NCBI GenBank assembly: GCA_900088475.1
Contig: FLMG01001651.1
Coordinates: 14,237-78,236, forward strand
Source: Hyphochytrium catenoides
Taxonomy: Eukaryota; Protista; Hyphochytriomycota
Direction of reading: 5' to 3'
DNA: 64,000 nt
The first letter of the stretch is position 1; the number at the start of each line of letters is the position of its first letter. The position numbers were made by a program, and so were the translations under genes. Of this stretch, positions 63,836 through 64,000 are shown in pieces. The notes beneath the pieces were generated by a model, which searched no databases, had not been told where the DNA came from, and saw only the letters and a program-made list of their open reading frames with translations.

Positions 63836-63959
63836 TTATCTTTCGCCTACGTTGAGCTGTCCGTCGTCATTTGGTGCCACACTCGCTTCCTCTGTCTCTT
63901 TCCCTTTCTCAGCACGCTTGGCTCTGCCCTGCTGCCACCTTAGAGCCGCTGGGCCGAGG
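63836..63959 (-). CDS. Possible terminal exon of a gene starting beyond the window
   Basis: Acceptor TTACAG, then LGPAALRWQQGRAKRAEKGKETEE...ER*. Confidence 0.3.
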
Positions 63960-64000
63960 CTGTAACGTCCAATACTAAAGACACCAAGTAGTACTGGGGT

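Noticed and set aside
1-64000. Genome-wide stop-codon reassignment
   Set aside because: Conserved genes assemble without internal stops once introns are removed, and TAA, TAG and TGA each end proteins at expected positions.

Overview
Eukaryotic nuclear DNA, about 49% GC by eye, intron-rich, standard genetic code (TAA, TAG and TGA all end genes). The gene set (GPCR-PIP kinase fusion, axonemal dynein p28) suggests a flagellated protist, probably a stramenopile near oomycetes; this is inference. The ORF track fragments or mis-frames almost every gene, so I reassembled gene models by hand across GT/GC-AG introns. Exon edges and some starts are approximate. From 1 to 12.4 kb: orphan multi-exon genes, degraded sequence, a Ty1/copia RT relic and a tRNA-like relic. 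From 12.5 to 64 kb: an intronless 7TM protein, a small conserved unknown protein, a membrane-anchored degenerate CFA-synthase-like protein, HDHD5/CECR5-like HAD hydrolase, condensin CAP-H, GPCR-PIPK, a Qc-SNARE, VPS41, proteasome alpha3, FHA-SMARCAD1/Fun30, PFK-2/FBPase-2, an inverted pair of copia integrase relics, RRS1, TMEM19, Elongin B and dynein p28. Best leads: (1) an in-frame UGA exactly at the last RING cysteine of VPS41, with a structured element downstream; (2) a PNKP/APTX-type FHA domain fused to a Fun30/SMARCAD1 remodeler; (3) a TM-domain plus pseudo-methyltransferase fusion; (4) the GPCR-PIPK with a Cys/His insert; (5) a SNARE with a YGQ/RG prion-like head.
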